The position numbers and the translations under genes were made by a program. From the NCBI RefSeq assembly GCF_000011805.1, contig NC_006840.2: a DNA stretch of 32,000 nt; one strand, written 5' to 3'. Under the pieces are notes generated by a model, which ran no database searches, had not been told where the DNA came from, and worked only from the letters and a program-made list of their open reading frames with translations. Shown piece by piece: positions 1-10,835 of the stretch. This DNA comes from Aliivibrio fischeri ES114. GTDB lineage: Bacteria; Pseudomonadota; Gammaproteobacteria; Enterobacterales; Vibrionaceae. Within the stretch, counting starts at the first letter, position 1; every line of letters starts with the position of its first letter.

Positions 1-645
1 AAATACATCGGCATGTGTATTCCAAATGTCTTTTTTTCCATCACCATTTCCATCAACAGCATAAGATAAAAATGATGTTGGCATAAATTGGCATTGACCC
101 ATTGCACCAGCCCATGAGCCTTTCATGTTTTCAGGTGTAATGTGGCCTTGCTGTAAAATGGTCAATGCAGCCATGGTTTGTTTTTTGAAGAACGCTTCAC
201 GACGACCGTCATAAGCCAACGTCGTTAATGCTTCAATAACGTTATAACCACCCGTTAATTTACCAAAGTTACTTTCAACACCCCATAATGCAACAATAAA
301 TCGAGGTTGAACGCCATACTCTTCACCAATTCGATTTAACACTTTGTAGTGTTTTTTATATAAATCGTTCGCTTGCTTAATTTTCCATTTTGGCACAGCT
401 CGTGGAATATATTCATCCAGAGTTAACTTCTTCTCTGGTTGATTGCGATCTGATTTTACTGCTTTCTCTTTAAATGCAACGTTTTTAAATGCACGTTCTA
501 AAATCGGTTCTGAAATCCCAATTTCCCGTGCTTCATTTTTCAACCCAACAATGTAATCTTGAAAGTCGCCTTCAGGTGTTGCTGATGCTGATGCTGATGT
601 TGCCAAAAATAAACTGACTATCCCTAGCAGTAATTTTTTCTTCAT
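1..645 (-). CDS. Lytic murein transglycosylase, MltB/Slt35-like (partial; C-terminal part lies beyond the window start)
   Basis: Absent from the ORF track because no stop lies in the window. Hand translation of the reverse strand from ATG (645..643) gives MKKKLLLGIVSLFLATSASASATPEGDFQDYIVGLKNEAREIGISEPILERAFKN. Region 241-300 gives FIVALWGVESNFGKLTGGYN, the catalytic-Glu motif region of MltB-type transglycosylases. The Sec-type signal peptide has no lipobox Cys, so the protein is probably a soluble periplasmic form. Confidence 0.8.
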   Translation of the reverse strand, partial: MKKKLLLGIVSLFLATSASASATPEGDFQDYIVGLKNEAREIGISEPILERAFKNVAFKEKAVKSDRNQPEKKLTLDEYIPRAVPKWKIKQANDLYKKHYKVLNRIGEEYGVQPRFIVALWGVESNFGKLTGGYNVIEALTTLAYDGRREAFFKKQTMAALTILQQGHITPENMKGSWAGAMGQCQFMPTSFLSYAVDGNGDGKKDIWNTHADVF

Positions 646-671
646 ATAATTAATTCTCTTCTCTTGCTGCT

Positions 672-932
672 TTATCTTTTTTTGTATTTTTCAAGCAGGT
701 TTTCAGGTGGTGGTGGTAACTGCAAAAAGAATCCATTTTCTTTTATTGCTGCTTTTACTTTTTCTACATCAACTGAAGCCAGTTTTCTGCCTTCTAAATT
801 TACCACCATTACCATGGTTGGTGTACCGAACATCGCCATGAGTTCTTGCGGTACAGGAGCAAAATCATCTTTTTTCTCAATATAAAGATAAGCACCTTGT
901 TTTTTCGTACTTTTATAAATAGAACAAAACAT
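672..932 (-). CDS. ycgL: YcgL domain-containing protein (UPF0745)
   Basis: The 86-aa ORF is colinear with E. coli YcgL as I recall it (YLYVEKKDDF...VPEEL...LQLPPPPE). It sits next to minCDE, as in enterobacteria. Confidence 0.85.
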
Positions 933-1116
933 TTTATAACCTATTTTTTGAAAGGGTTGCTCTTGCTCTCAACTTATTTCAAATGATTAATGTCTATTTG
1001 GTGAGAGGCTTGCTAAAAAGTAGACTTCTGACAATAAGATAACTTGCTGTACAGTCGAAGTGACTATAACATGGTATCAGATTTGTGGTATTAAAATTAT
1101 CAAGATACAGAATAGT

Positions 1117-1782
1117 ATGACAAAAACAGCCGATTTAAAGGGCAGTAATTTCACCCTTTCAGTATTACATTTGCCTAATGATGACGTTGCCTTAGCATTA
1201 AGTATGCTTGAGCAAAAAGTGGCACAAGCGCCTTCTTTTTTTGCTTCTGCACCCGTTGTCGTTAACATTGAAAATGTATCGAATGAAATTAACTTTGTTG
1301 AGCTAAAATCTGGAGTCGAACGTACCGGCATGATTCCTGTTGGAATTACAGGCTGTAAAGATAAACAAAAGCAAGCTCAAGCGACGGCTGCAGGCTTTGC
1401 GGTAATGACGTCTTTTACACCTCAACAAGTAACGCAAAAAGCAAATATGCAACCAACGAAAGTCGTAAAAACACCGATTCGTTCAGGTCAGCAAATTTAT
1501 GCGAAAGATGCCGATCTTGTGATCTTAAATCACGTAAGCCCAGGCGCTGAAGTGATAGCAGATGGCAGTATACATATTCACGGTACATTACGCGGCAGAG
1601 CAATCGCTGGTGCGAGTGGCCAAGCAGAAGCAAAAGTCTTCTGTAAAAACTTACAAGCTGAGCTAATTTCCATTGCGGGTAATTATTGGCTAAGCGATCA
1701 AATTGACAAAGAGTATTGGCATCAAAATGTCATGATCACTATGGTTGAAGACCGTATTCAGATCGATACCCTAACGTTATAG
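1117..1782 (+). CDS. minC: Septum site-determining protein MinC
   Basis: The track ORF 1060..1782 opens at GTG. The internal ATG at 1117 ([19 protein letters not shown]...) matches the usual MinC N-terminus and length (221 aa). The C-terminal beta-helix region reads [14 protein letters not shown]. The gene lies directly upstream of minD and minE. Confidence 0.9.
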   Translation: MTKTADLKGSNFTLSVLHLPNDDVALALSMLEQKVAQAPSFFASAPVVVNIENVSNEINFVELKSGVERTGMIPVGITGCKDKQKQAQATAAGFAVMTSFTPQQVTQKANMQPTKVVKTPIRSGQQIYAKDADLVILNHVSPGAEVIADGSIHIHGTLRGRAIAGASGQAEAKVFCKNLQAELISIAGNYWLSDQIDKEYWHQNVMITMVEDRIQIDTLTL

Positions 1783-1807
1783 CACAATAGAAAAAGGAAT
1801 AATAAAA

Positions 1808-2620
1808 ATGGCACGTATTGTCGTTGTGACTTCAGGCAAAGGTGGCGTAGGTAAAACTACTTCTAGCTCTGCAATTGCATCGGGTCTTGCATTGGCTGGC
1901 AAAAAAACTGCGGTAATCGATTTTGATATTGGTTTACGTAACCTTGACCTAATTATGGGTTGTGAGCGTCGTGTTGTTTACGATTTTGTAAACGTTATTA
2001 ACGGTGAAGCAACTCTAAATCAAGCGTTAATTAAAGATAAGCGTGTAGGGAATTTATTTATCCTTCCAGCTTCTCAAACTCGTGATAAAGATGCATTAAC
2101 CAAAGATGGTGTTCGTCGTGTTCTTGATGAACTGATCGAAATGAACTTTGATTTCATTATTTGTGATTCTCCTGCGGGTATCGAAGCAGGTGCTTTAATG
2201 GCACTTTACTTTGCAGATGAAGCGATTATTACCACGAACCCTGAAGTCTCTTCTGTTCGTGACTCTGACCGTATTCTTGGCATCTTAGACTCAAAATCAC
2301 GCCGAGCTGAAGACTCACTAGAACCTGTAAAACAACACCTACTACTAACACGCTACTGCCCTGCTCGTGTAAACCAAGGCGAAATGTTAAGTGTGGGTGA
2401 TGTTGAAGAAATTTTAAACATCTCACTTTTAGGTGTAATTCCAGAGAGTCAATCAGTACTAAATGCATCAAACAAAGGTGTTCCAGTAATTTTTGATGAA
2501 GAGTCTAACGCTGGTGCAGCATATCAAGATGCTGTCGATCGCTTATTAGGTAAAGAAGTATCATTCCGTTTCTTAGAAGAAGAGAAAAAAGGCATCTTTA
2601 AACGACTATTTGGAGGTTAA
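1808..2620 (+). CDS. minD: Septum site-determining ATPase MinD
   Basis: 270 aa with a deviant Walker A (GKGGVGKTT) and a C-terminal amphipathic membrane-targeting helix ([11 protein letters not shown]). An AGGA-type RBS lies upstream. Confidence 0.97.
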   Translation: MARIVVVTSGKGGVGKTTSSSAIASGLALAGKKTAVIDFDIGLRNLDLIMGCERRVVYDFVNVINGEATLNQALIKDKRVGNLFILPASQTRDKDALTKDGVRRVLDELIEMNFDFIICDSPAGIEAGALMALYFADEAIITTNPEVSSVRDSDRILGILDSKSRRAEDSLEPVKQHLLLTRYCPARVNQGEMLSVGDVEEILNISLLGVIPESQSVLNASNKGVPVIFDEESNAGAAYQDAVDRLLGKEVSFRFLEEEKKGIFKRLFGG

Positions 2621-2622
2621 GC

Positions 2623-2886
2623 ATGGCATTGCTTGAGTTTTTTAGACCACAGAAAAAAGCCACTGCTAACATAGCTAAGGAAAGGCTACAGATTATTGTT
2701 GCAGAACGTCGAAATGGCGGCCCTGCACCATCATATTTACCTCAACTTAAAGAAGATATTCTTAAAGTGATCAGTAAATATGTTGAAGTAAATCCTGATA
2801 TGGTTACTGTTTCTTTAGAACAAAAAGAAGAAGATTTATCGGTTTTAGAATTGAATGTTACTCTTCCTGACGAAGACGATCATTAA
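2623..2886 (+). CDS. minE: Cell division topological specificity factor MinE
   Basis: 87 aa with the typical MinE N-terminus [12 protein letters not shown]. It starts 2 nt after the minD stop. Confidence 0.95.
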   Translation: MALLEFFRPQKKATANIAKERLQIIVAERRNGGPAPSYLPQLKEDILKVISKYVEVNPDMVTVSLEQKEEDLSVLELNVTLPDEDDH

Positions 2887-2914
2887 ACTGACAATACAGT
2901 TTTAAACGTGCATT

Positions 2915-2950
2915 AAAAAGGTGACTCATGAGTCACCTTTTTTTATTTTT
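2915..2950. terminator. Bidirectional Rho-independent terminator between convergent minE and rnd
   Basis: An 18-bp perfect palindrome ggtgactcatgagtcacc (2920-2937) is flanked by an A-run (2915-2919) and a T-run (2938-2944). Confidence 0.7.
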
Positions 2951-2956
2951 GAACTG

Positions 2957-4078
2957 CTACTTTTCAATCACAGACATAAAGCGCGCTTCTAATAATTCAC
3001 CACGCCACCCTTTTAATACATCAGGTTTTAACTCTGGTGCTGCGTTCTTTTTCCATTTCCAAGACAATAATTGATTTAGCTGTTTTTTCGATGCTAAAAA
3101 CTCAGGCATTAAACCCGATTTATCCGAAGCTATTTTCACTTCATCTTTTAGTAATTTAAAGATTTGCTTATAGCCTGGGTAATCCATTAAACGTGTTACT
3201 GGTTCAGGGTATTCATTGGGATTCAAATCATCGGCTAAGTAAGTAAAACGTAATAATTTACCACCATGACGTTGAACTTCTCTTGGATCAAATTCTTCTT
3301 TAAGCATTTGATCTTTACTACGAAGCCCAAATCGAGCCAGTTTCCAAAGACTCAGCTCTTTTACAACAAAGTTAACCGCTAAATCACGCTTTCTCGCTTC
3401 TTCTAAACGCCACTTTGCTGCCATTTTTAAAATAGCTAACTGCTTAGGATTGAGTTGCCATGCATTTTTAATATCTAGATAAGCCTTTTCTGCATCCGGT
3501 TGCTTTTCACGTTTTTTTACTGCAAGTGCTGACTCTTGATAAGCCGCATCTTCCCATTGAGTTTGAGATAACTCAGCTTGAAGTTTTTCAAATAATGGCA
3601 ATAAATAATGCACATCTGCCGCTGCATAGTGAAGTTGCTTATCGGATAATGGACGTGCCATCCAATCCGTTCTTGCTTCGCCTTTATCTAATTCAATACC
3701 TAGGTAGTCAGAAACCAGCTTAGCGAATCCCGTAGAAAGTCCATAACCTAAAAATGCCGCCATGATTTGTGTATCAATCATAGGTGTTGGCATACAACCA
3801 GCGTAATGTTGGAATACCTCTAAATCTTCACCACATGCATGAAGTACTTTTGTCACTGATTCGTTTTTCAATAAATCCCAAAGAGGCGTTAAATCATCAA
3901 TCTCAACCGGATCAACAAGCGCTAATGTCTCACCATCAAACATTTGAATTAAACCTAAACGTGCATATAACGTTCGCGTTCTTACAAACTCAGTATCCAA
4001 CATTAAAAATGGTTTCGTGCTTGCCTGCTGACAGATCTCAGCTAAACGCTGACTCTGGGTAACGATTTCAAATTCCAC
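2957..4078 (-). CDS. rnd: Ribonuclease D
   Basis: 373 aa, colinear with E. coli RNase D, including the DEDD exonuclease motif LDTEF and an HRDC region. The start codon is GTG (reverse complement of cac at 4076-4078), with AAGGAA 6 nt upstream. Confidence 0.92.
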   Translation of the reverse strand: MEFEIVTQSQRLAEICQQASTKPFLMLDTEFVRTRTLYARLGLIQMFDGETLALVDPVEIDDLTPLWDLLKNESVTKVLHACGEDLEVFQHYAGCMPTPMIDTQIMAAFLGYGLSTGFAKLVSDYLGIELDKGEARTDWMARPLSDKQLHYAAADVHYLLPLFEKLQAELSQTQWEDAAYQESALAVKKREKQPDAEKAYLDIKNAWQLNPKQLAILKMAAKWRLEEARKRDLAVNFVVKELSLWKLARFGLRSKDQMLKEEFDPREVQRHGGKLLRFTYLADDLNPNEYPEPVTRLMDYPGYKQIFKLLKDEVKIASDKSGLMPEFLASKKQLNQLLSWKWKKNAAPELKPDVLKGWRGELLEARFMSVIEK

Positions 4079-4103
4079 AGTATTTCCTTAATAGATGCCA
4101 AGG

Positions 4104-4140
4104 CAAGATAGCTTAATTTCAGTAAAACTAAGCTATCTTG
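4104..4140 (-). promoter_or_regulatory. Stem-loop in the rnd 5' leader (12-bp perfect inverted repeat, 13-nt loop)
   Basis: caagatagctta (4104-4115) pairs with taagctatcttg (4129-4140). The element lies between the fadD terminator and the rnd SD/GTG start. Confidence 0.4.
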
Positions 4141-4149
4141 TCTCTATAA

Positions 4150-4185
4150 ATAAAAATAATGCCAGCGATTAGGCTGGCATTATCG
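4150..4185 (-). terminator. Rho-independent terminator of fadD
   Basis: An 11-bp stem ataatgccagc (4156-4166) / gctggcattat (4173-4183) has a 6-nt loop and is followed on the minus strand by ttttatttat. Confidence 0.7.
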
Positions 4186-4206
4186 TATTTCTATATTGTA
4201 CCTAAA

Positions 4207-5889
4207 TTATGCGTTTTCTTCTGCTTTATATTCATCACGCAGTTCACGACGCAAAATCTTACCTACGTTTGTTTTTGGTAGATCATCTCTGAACTCAACA
4301 ATACGAGGGATTTTGTAACCTGTAAGGTGTTTACGACAGTGTGCCACTAACTCATCTTTAGTCAGGCTAGGGTCGCGTTTAACTACACAAATGCGAACCA
4401 CTTCACCTGAAGTTGGATGCGGTTTACCAACTGCTGCCACTTCTAGAACTTTTCCATGAAGCGCTACAACATCTTCAATTTCATTTGGATAAACGTTAAA
4501 GCCAGATACTAAAATCATGTCTTTTTTACGGTCAACAATATGTAAGAAACCTTCATCGTCAAATTTAACGATATCACCAGTACTCACCCAACCGTCTTCA
4601 CAAATCATATCTTTTGTTGCTTCTGCACGGTTCCAGTAACCTTTCATTACTTGTGGTCCACGAACTTGAAGCTCACCAACTTGATCGTTAGTTAGTACGT
4701 TACCTTCATCATCAATCATACGAACTTCTGTTGATGGTACAGGTAGACCAATTGAACCATTGTATGACGTTAAATCATGTGGGTATGCCGCTACCAGTGG
4801 TGAACACTCAGTTAAACCGTAGCCTTCTAATAAGTAACAACCTGTGTGTTGTTGCCATTTTTCTGCAACAGCACGTTGCACAGCCATACCACCACCAACA
4901 GCCAGACGTAAATTACTAAAGTCTAACTCATGGAAATCTTCATTATTTACTAATGCATTGAATAATGTATTTACACCAGTAATCGCCGTGAATGGGTACT
5001 TTTGAAGCTCTTTAATGAAACCTGGGATATCACGAGGGTTAGTGATAAGCAGGTTACGACCACCCATTTCAATAAACAGTAAACAGTTAACCGTTAACGC
5101 AAATACATGATAAAGAGGAAGTGCAGTAACAATCAGTTCACGGCCTTCAGTCAATACAGGGCCATAAGCGCCTTTTGCTTGCATTACGTTTGCGATCATA
5201 TTGCGGTGAGTTAGCATCGCGCCTTTTGCAACGCCCGTAGTACCACCTGTGTATTGTAGGAAGGCTAAGTCTTCACTTTCAATAAATGGCTTAATGTACT
5301 GCATTCTACGACCTTTACGCAGAGCATTACGCATAGATGTCGCATGTGGAAGATCGTATTTTGGTACCATCTTCTTCACGTACTTAACAACGAAGTTAAC
5401 GATAGTGCCTTTCGCTCGAGGAAGTTGCTCACCTAAATTCGTTAAAATAACGTGTTTAACAGGTGTATTATCAACCACTTCTTCTAGCGTACTAGCGAAG
5501 TTTGAAACGATAACAATAGCAGCAGCGCCTGAATCATTCAGTTGATGCTCTAATTCACGTGGTGTGTAAAGTGGGTTAACGTTCACCGCAACCATACCGG
5601 CACGAAGTACACCAAATAATGCAATTGGGTATTGCAGTAAGTTTGGCATCATTAACGCAACACGATCACCTTTTTTAAGCTTCAGTTCATTTTGTAAGTA
5701 AGCTGCAAAAGCACGGCTACGCTCTTCTAGCTTACGGAATGTCATTACTGAGCCCATATTAATGAATGCTGGTTGATCGGCATATTTATGAACCGATTTT
5801 TCAAACATATCCACTAATGAGGTGTATTCATCTGGGTTAATTTCTGCTGGTACGTCTTTTGGGTAACGTGAAAGCCAAACTTTATCCAC
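4207..5889 (-). CDS. fadD: Long-chain-fatty-acid--CoA ligase
   Basis: 560 aa with AMP-binding motifs [12 protein letters not shown] and GYGLTE. Length matches E. coli FadD, and the rnd-fadD synteny is conserved. Confidence 0.92.
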   Translation of the reverse strand: MDKVWLSRYPKDVPAEINPDEYTSLVDMFEKSVHKYADQPAFINMGSVMTFRKLEERSRAFAAYLQNELKLKKGDRVALMMPNLLQYPIALFGVLRAGMVAVNVNPLYTPRELEHQLNDSGAAAIVIVSNFASTLEEVVDNTPVKHVILTNLGEQLPRAKGTIVNFVVKYVKKMVPKYDLPHATSMRNALRKGRRMQYIKPFIESEDLAFLQYTGGTTGVAKGAMLTHRNMIANVMQAKGAYGPVLTEGRELIVTALPLYHVFALTVNCLLFIEMGGRNLLITNPRDIPGFIKELQKYPFTAITGVNTLFNALVNNEDFHELDFSNLRLAVGGGMAVQRAVAEKWQQHTGCYLLEGYGLTECSPLVAAYPHDLTSYNGSIGLPVPSTEVRMIDDEGNVLTNDQVGELQVRGPQVMKGYWNRAEATKDMICEDGWVSTGDIVKFDDEGFLHIVDRKKDMILVSGFNVYPNEIEDVVALHGKVLEVAAVGKPHPTSGEVVRICVVKRDPSLTKDELVAHCRKHLTGYKIPRIVEFRDDLPKTNVGKILRRELRDEYKAEENA

Positions 5890-6074
5890 GCTTTTCTCCT
5901 ATTCTTATATGTGACTTATTGCTAGTACGACAATAACTCTATGACAGTGATCACTATCACTTTTGTGGTGTAGACTATTTACTCTACAATTTTAGTCAAC
6001 TATTTTTATTCACAATTATTCATTCGATGTTTTTTTAAACAAGAATGAGGGCTTTTTTTAAAGATGTGAAGTAT

Positions 6075-6944
6075 TTATGTAGTAATAGTGTTAATTAATG
6101 TGGTTAAGTGCTCACTTATTAAATTTGGGTTTTCCAAATGACAATGGTGACCACCTTTAATGTGATAACAGGTAAAATCCGCAATAAATTTATATCTGTG
6201 TTCTTTCTGTTTTAAATGACCATAGCCATTCTGCCCAACTACGGCAAACACTGGACATTCAATTTTATCCAATAGTGCTAAAGCGTGTGTTTCCGACATT
6301 CGATATAAAGAATCACACTTTACTTTCGCATCTGTGGTCCATTGAACATATTCAGATTCTACTCTTAATGAACGTAAAACCATCGGCTCAATAAGAGACT
6401 GAGGTAACTGATTAACTTTAGCTCTTAACTCTAAAGCCGATTGAGCGTCTTTTAATCTTCTTTGCGGTTTATTTCGGTAACGCTGACGACTTGATATACC
6501 TTGACGCAATCTATCTGTTATTTGGCTCTCATCTTCACTCAAAGGCCCTAGTGCTTCTATCATCATTAGAGCTGATACTTTCTCTGGAAAAGCAGCACAA
6601 TAAGCACTAGCAATTAAGCCACCTAAAGAATGTCCAACCAAAATAACGGATTGTTGATTTAAATGTAGGATAACTTGGTGAAGATCATCAATATAATCAA
6701 AAAAGTGATAAAAATTATCCCCACCTTTATGAGAGGACAATCCATGCCCAAACCAGTCAAACGCAATCAAATGGTGGGTTGGATTCGTCTTTGCGTACGA
6801 TTCCATTGTGGTAAGAAACGTCGCCGCATTATCTTGCCAACCATGTAAAAACAGAATCGTTTGATCGACCTGTTCAGGTTTAACTTCAAGTAAGGCTATT
6901 TCACCATGGTAAAGAGGCAGTGATCTTTCATGAAACAATGGCAT
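6075..6944 (-). CDS. Alpha/beta-fold hydrolase
   Basis: 289 aa with the HGW oxyanion region (LFLHGWQDN), nucleophile elbow GHSLGG and a C-terminal His (GGHHCHLE). It starts 6 nt after the upstream slp-like stop. Confidence 0.8.
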   Translation of the reverse strand: MPLFHERSLPLYHGEIALLEVKPEQVDQTILFLHGWQDNAATFLTTMESYAKTNPTHHLIAFDWFGHGLSSHKGGDNFYHFFDYIDDLHQVILHLNQQSVILVGHSLGGLIASAYCAAFPEKVSALMMIEALGPLSEDESQITDRLRQGISSRQRYRNKPQRRLKDAQSALELRAKVNQLPQSLIEPMVLRSLRVESEYVQWTTDAKVKCDSLYRMSETHALALLDKIECPVFAVVGQNGYGHLKQKEHRYKFIADFTCYHIKGGHHCHLENPNLISEHLTTLINTITT

Positions 6945-6950
6945 CAGCGT

Positions 6951-7502
6951 TTACTTCACTTCCTGTACCACTTTGCCACGACGGGTTTCAAGGTGGCTTC
7001 TTTGATGAAAACAACGAGCACCAGCGCATGGCATATAGTCCATATCCAAATCATTAGTCACTACATACTCTTGTATTTGCCATAGATGAATGGCCGATGC
7101 TTGAATGACTGGAAAAGGATAAACAAATTCACCTACGTTGGCCTGCTCAATACCATCAGCCTGACCAATCACCGTAATTAATCGCCCTTTAGCGTAAGTA
7201 ACAGGATCAATAAATCCATTTACATACACAACAAAACGACCATTAGGTTCTTCGGAAATATCTGGCTTTCCAACAGAAGAAATTGGAAGGTTTACAATTT
7301 CAATTCGAGTTTGATCCGACAAGTTATCAAGACGAGCAATCACACCACCTAATCGTACTTCCGCTTTTTCCCCAGCATTTGCAGCATCAGAGAAAGCATT
7401 GTATTCAACCAGAGTCGTTGCTTGAGTTGATTTAAGTTCTTGAGGAAGAGAGCTACAACCTACAAGTAATAATACAGAAAGAAAATAAATAACTTGTTTC
7501 AT
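6951..7502 (-). CDS. Slp/YeaY family outer-membrane lipoprotein
   Basis: The track ORF extends to 7538. The ATG at 7502 gives MKQVIYFLSVLLLVGCSS, a lipobox signal peptide. The Slp-type motif VRLGGVI is present, and the gene occupies the position of E. coli yeaY between tsaB and fadD. Confidence 0.8.
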   Translation of the reverse strand: MKQVIYFLSVLLLVGCSSLPQELKSTQATTLVEYNAFSDAANAGEKAEVRLGGVIARLDNLSDQTRIEIVNLPISSVGKPDISEEPNGRFVVYVNGFIDPVTYAKGRLITVIGQADGIEQANVGEFVYPFPVIQASAIHLWQIQEYVVTNDLDMDYMPCAGARCFHQRSHLETRRGKVVQEVK

Positions 7503-7573
7503 ATTGAACCTCTCATAATTGAAGTCATACCAATTCACATAAGATGTGAGTTACATAAAGGTATGGATTAGCG

Positions 7574-7873
7574 TTATATATAGAGATCGACACCGACTAA
7601 TTGAGCAAGTTCCTCTCTACGCTTTTGAAGCATGACTTCCATATATTCTTCCATTGCGTGACGATTACGTCCTTCAGGTAAGTCATATTGAACACGAGAG
7701 TTCGCATATTCAGATGCATTCAGTTGTTTAACTTGTGTCGTTACAGCAGTCGCCACTTTTGATGGCTGCGCAACTAGAGATTTACTTCCAGTCGCCTTTT
7801 TAACTTGGCTCTTTTTACCTACTGCTTGCTGTTTTTGTATCAGCGCAGGCGGCAACCCTTGAATCGATACCAT
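7574..7873 (-). CDS. Hypothetical protein (99 aa from ATG at 7873; 106 aa if the TTG at 7894 is used)
   Basis: The ORF lies on the same strand as the flanking operon genes. It has a basic, low-complexity N-half and a helical acidic/basic C-half (HAMEEYMEVMLQKRREELAQLVGVDLYI). I recognise no family. Confidence 0.5.
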   Translation of the reverse strand: MVSIQGLPPALIQKQQAVGKKSQVKKATGSKSLVAQPSKVATAVTTQVKQLNASEYANSRVQYDLPEGRNRHAMEEYMEVMLQKRREELAQLVGVDLYI

Positions 7874-7932
7874 AATGACCTTTTGAATAAACAACTAAGC
7901 GAGGCTTTCACTCCCCGCTTGGATCTTAAAAC

Positions 7933-8634
7933 CTATTCGCGTCCCGGTAATTTTTTCCACGTCACCGTATCACGAACATAAACAGGACTCGATTCTTCCG
8001 CAGGAAGCGCCAAGCCTTGTTCAAATTTTTGCTGTGCAAGTAATGCCATATCTTCAGCATCAGGATAAAGCACATCAGAAGCTTTACACTCTAGAGGCAA
8101 TGTTGCTAATGTTTCTGTATATGCATCCCAGCCCGTACCAACAGTTAACCATTCACCTGATTGTTCTGGTAAATAAGTTGATAATGCCTCTGGTGCAGAC
8201 ACAGTTTCAGCAACTTCATAAGTCCAAGTACCATCTTGATTACGCTGGTACATACCAAAGTACACTTCACCCATGCGCGCATCAATTGAGGCTGCAACTT
8301 GAGTAGCACCGTGTAATCGGTAACCCGCTTGTGCCATTGCTTCTAATGTTGAAATGCCTACCATAGGTAAATCGGCACCAAACGCTAAACCTTGAGCAAT
8401 ACCAATACCAATACGTACACCAGTAAAACTACCAGGTCCTTGGCCAAATGCTAATGCATCTAAATCTTGTAAGCGCACACCCGCTTCTTTTAATACTTCA
8501 TCCACAAAAGGAAGAATTTTAATGGTGTGTTCACGCGGTGCCACTGCACGTCGAGAATAGACTTTTCCGTCAACAATCAGTGCGACAGAACAGTTTTCAG
8601 TGGCGGTATCAACCGCTAAAATTTTTGCGCTCAT
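7933..8634 (-). CDS. tsaB: tRNA threonylcarbamoyladenosine (t6A37) biosynthesis protein TsaB
   Basis: 233 aa with the YeaZ/TsaB N-terminus ILAVDTATE and the motif [11 protein letters not shown]. Synteny with yeaY-like and fadD is conserved. Confidence 0.9.
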   Translation of the reverse strand: MSAKILAVDTATENCSVALIVDGKVYSRRAVAPREHTIKILPFVDEVLKEAGVRLQDLDALAFGQGPGSFTGVRIGIGIAQGLAFGADLPMVGISTLEAMAQAGYRLHGATQVAASIDARMGEVYFGMYQRNQDGTWTYEVAETVSAPEALSTYLPEQSGEWLTVGTGWDAYTETLATLPLECKASDVLYPDAEDMALLAQQKFEQGLALPAEESSPVYVRDTVTWKKLPGRE

Positions 8635-8641
8635 TAATGCC

Positions 8642-10600
8642 TCAATTTTCTAAAATGGCTTTTTGTTCTACTTGTTCTACTTCTGTCTGATTCGTTTGTG
8701 CTAAAAATTCAGACACTTTCTTCAAATCTCGTGTTCTTGGTATTGGTGGCAAACTTTGTAAAAAAGTCGAGCCATAAGGACGAGTCACTAAACGATTGTC
8801 ACAAATCACCAATACCCCTTTATCTTTGGTATCTCGAATAAGACGCCCAACACCCTGTTTTAAGGTTATCACCGCATCAGGGATCTGCACTTGAGAAAAG
8901 GCATCCCCACCGCTTAATTGACAATCTTCAATACGCGCTTTTAATAGCGGATCGTCCGGTGCCGTAAAAGGTAATTTATCAATGATAACACAGCTTAAGG
9001 CATCACCTCTAACATCAATGCCTTCCCAGAAAGCTCCAGTTGCAACCAACAATGCATTACCCAGTTCCATAAACTCTGTAAGTAACTTTTGCTTAGTGGT
9101 TTCACCTTGAACTAATACTGGTAAATCAAGTGTTTGCCTAAAGAGTTCAGCTAAGTCTCTCATCATTTGATGTGATGTACATAAAAAGAAACAGCGACCT
9201 TGGTTTTGCTTAATAACGGGTTCCAGTAATTCAACCAACTTAGGAGCAACGCCATAGCTATTTGGCTCAGGTAAAAATCGAGGTACGCACAATAAAGCCT
9301 GAGATTGATAATCAAATGGACTTGGCAGTGAAAACTGTTTTGTCGGCTCTAACCCCAAACGTTGCGTAAAATGCGAGAAATCATCATTAACCGCTAACGT
9401 TGCCGACGTAAAAATCCACGCCCCCTCTTTTTCTGCCACTTGCTCTTTAAACTTATCAGCAACCGACAATGGTGTTATATGTAAACTAAAATGTCTTGGA
9501 GTACATTCATACCAATATGAGTAACCACTTATTGTCGTATCACATACTCGCTCTAAACGATTTTTCAATAACGTGCATCGCTCAAAAGCGGCATCTAATA
9601 ATTGACTGCGACCTAAGGCCAATTTTAATACGTCATAAGCAAGTTCAAAGGCATCATTGATGCGCAAAATTTCGCGTTGAACAGCCTGTGATTTTATCGC
9701 CTCTCGCCAATTACCTCTAAAACTGGTATCCCCTAAAATAATACGCAAATCCATTGCGGCACCAGCTAAGCGTTCTGCCACTTTTTGCAATTGACGCATA
9801 TCTCTTGCTTCAGTGCGATAACCTATTTCAATGTCTTTTGCTAATTCGGTTAATTGGCGACTGGATAAACTTTGCCCAAAATATTGGCTCGCAATATCAG
9901 GTAGCTGATGGGCCTCATCAAAAATAAAAATATCCGCCTCGGGGATTAATTCACCAAATCCCGTTTCTTTAATCGCCAAATCAGCAAGAAATAAGTGATG
10001 GTTAACAACCACAACATCCGCATCAAGTGCTTTTTTACGCGCCTTAACAACAAAACACTCTTCAAAACTTGGGCACTCTTTACCTAAACAATTATCGTTA
10101 GTTGATGTGATAGAAGGAATGATTGGACTATCTTCAGCAATCGCTTCACAGTCACCTAAATCTCCCGTTTTGGTTTCAGAAGACCAGGTTCTCACTTTAA
10201 CTAATTGCGTCAGTAATTCAGGATCCGCTTGAGGGGTATGACTTTCAATTAATTGGCGATTCAATCGTTCAGGACACAAATAATTTGAGCGACCTTTTAG
10301 CAAAGCCACTTGGCCATAAAAACCAAGAGATGACACCATTAAGGGTAAATCACGATGGAAAAGTTGTTCTTGAAGGTTTTTGGACCCAGTACTAATGATG
10401 GTTTTTTTACCACTAACCAGAGCAGGCGCAAGATAAGCGAACGTTTTACCCGTACCAGTTCCGGCTTCAACGACTAATTGAGTACCATTTTTAATTGCAT
10501 CATGAACAGCATGAGCCATATCCAACTGGGGTTGACGAGGTTGAAAACCGGGAATGGCTTTACCTAATGCACCTGATGACGAAAAAATCTTGGCAATCAT
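8642..10600 (-). CDS. yoaA: ATP-dependent DNA helicase YoaA (DinG/XPD family, Fe-S cluster)
   Basis: 652 aa with Walker A AGTGTGKT, a DEAH box (FDEAHQL) and four Cys for a 4Fe-4S cluster (YLCPERL...[16 protein letters not shown]). It is colinear with E. coli YoaA. Confidence 0.9.
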   Translation of the reverse strand: MIAKIFSSSGALGKAIPGFQPRQPQLDMAHAVHDAIKNGTQLVVEAGTGTGKTFAYLAPALVSGKKTIISTGSKNLQEQLFHRDLPLMVSSLGFYGQVALLKGRSNYLCPERLNRQLIESHTPQADPELLTQLVKVRTWSSETKTGDLGDCEAIAEDSPIIPSITSTNDNCLGKECPSFEECFVVKARKKALDADVVVVNHHLFLADLAIKETGFGELIPEADIFIFDEAHQLPDIASQYFGQSLSSRQLTELAKDIEIGYRTEARDMRQLQKVAERLAGAAMDLRIILGDTSFRGNWREAIKSQAVQREILRINDAFELAYDVLKLALGRSQLLDAAFERCTLLKNRLERVCDTTISGYSYWYECTPRHFSLHITPLSVADKFKEQVAEKEGAWIFTSATLAVNDDFSHFTQRLGLEPTKQFSLPSPFDYQSQALLCVPRFLPEPNSYGVAPKLVELLEPVIKQNQGRCFFLCTSHQMMRDLAELFRQTLDLPVLVQGETTKQKLLTEFMELGNALLVATGAFWEGIDVRGDALSCVIIDKLPFTAPDDPLLKARIEDCQLSGGDAFSQVQIPDAVITLKQGVGRLIRDTKDKGVLVICDNRLVTRPYGSTFLQSLPPIPRTRDLKKVSEFLAQTNQTEVEQVEQKAILEN

Positions 10601-10835
10601 ATCAACCGATATCCATCGTGAATAAAAAAGAGAAAGAGATTATGCCAAGAAACCAGAAGAAACTAAACGGGAAGTTTGTACTGAATCGAAGCTAATTTAC
10701 CCCTCCTAATAATACTAAATTCACTTAGCGTTTTGATTTGATATGGTAAAAACTCCTTTACGCTCCCTTCTTTTATCGGTAAAAGAATAAGGTGAATAAA
10801 ATTAATAATTACACTATGTAAGCACGAGAGATAAA

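Noticed and set aside
581-598. A (gctgat)x3 hexanucleotide repeat encoding SASASA in the signal-peptide region of the MltB-like gene.
   Set aside because: There are only three units, in frame, in a compositionally tolerant signal-peptide c-region. I see no evidence of phase variation.
5921-5960. A possible FadR box (gctagtacgacaataac, 5921-5937) and overlapping palindromes agtgatcact / gtgat-cact-atcac (5946-5960) upstream of fadD.
   Set aside because: The FadR-like match covers only about 8 of 12 core positions, and the site lies unusually close to the start codon. The palindromes are short. There is no second line of evidence without a PWM scan or conservation data.
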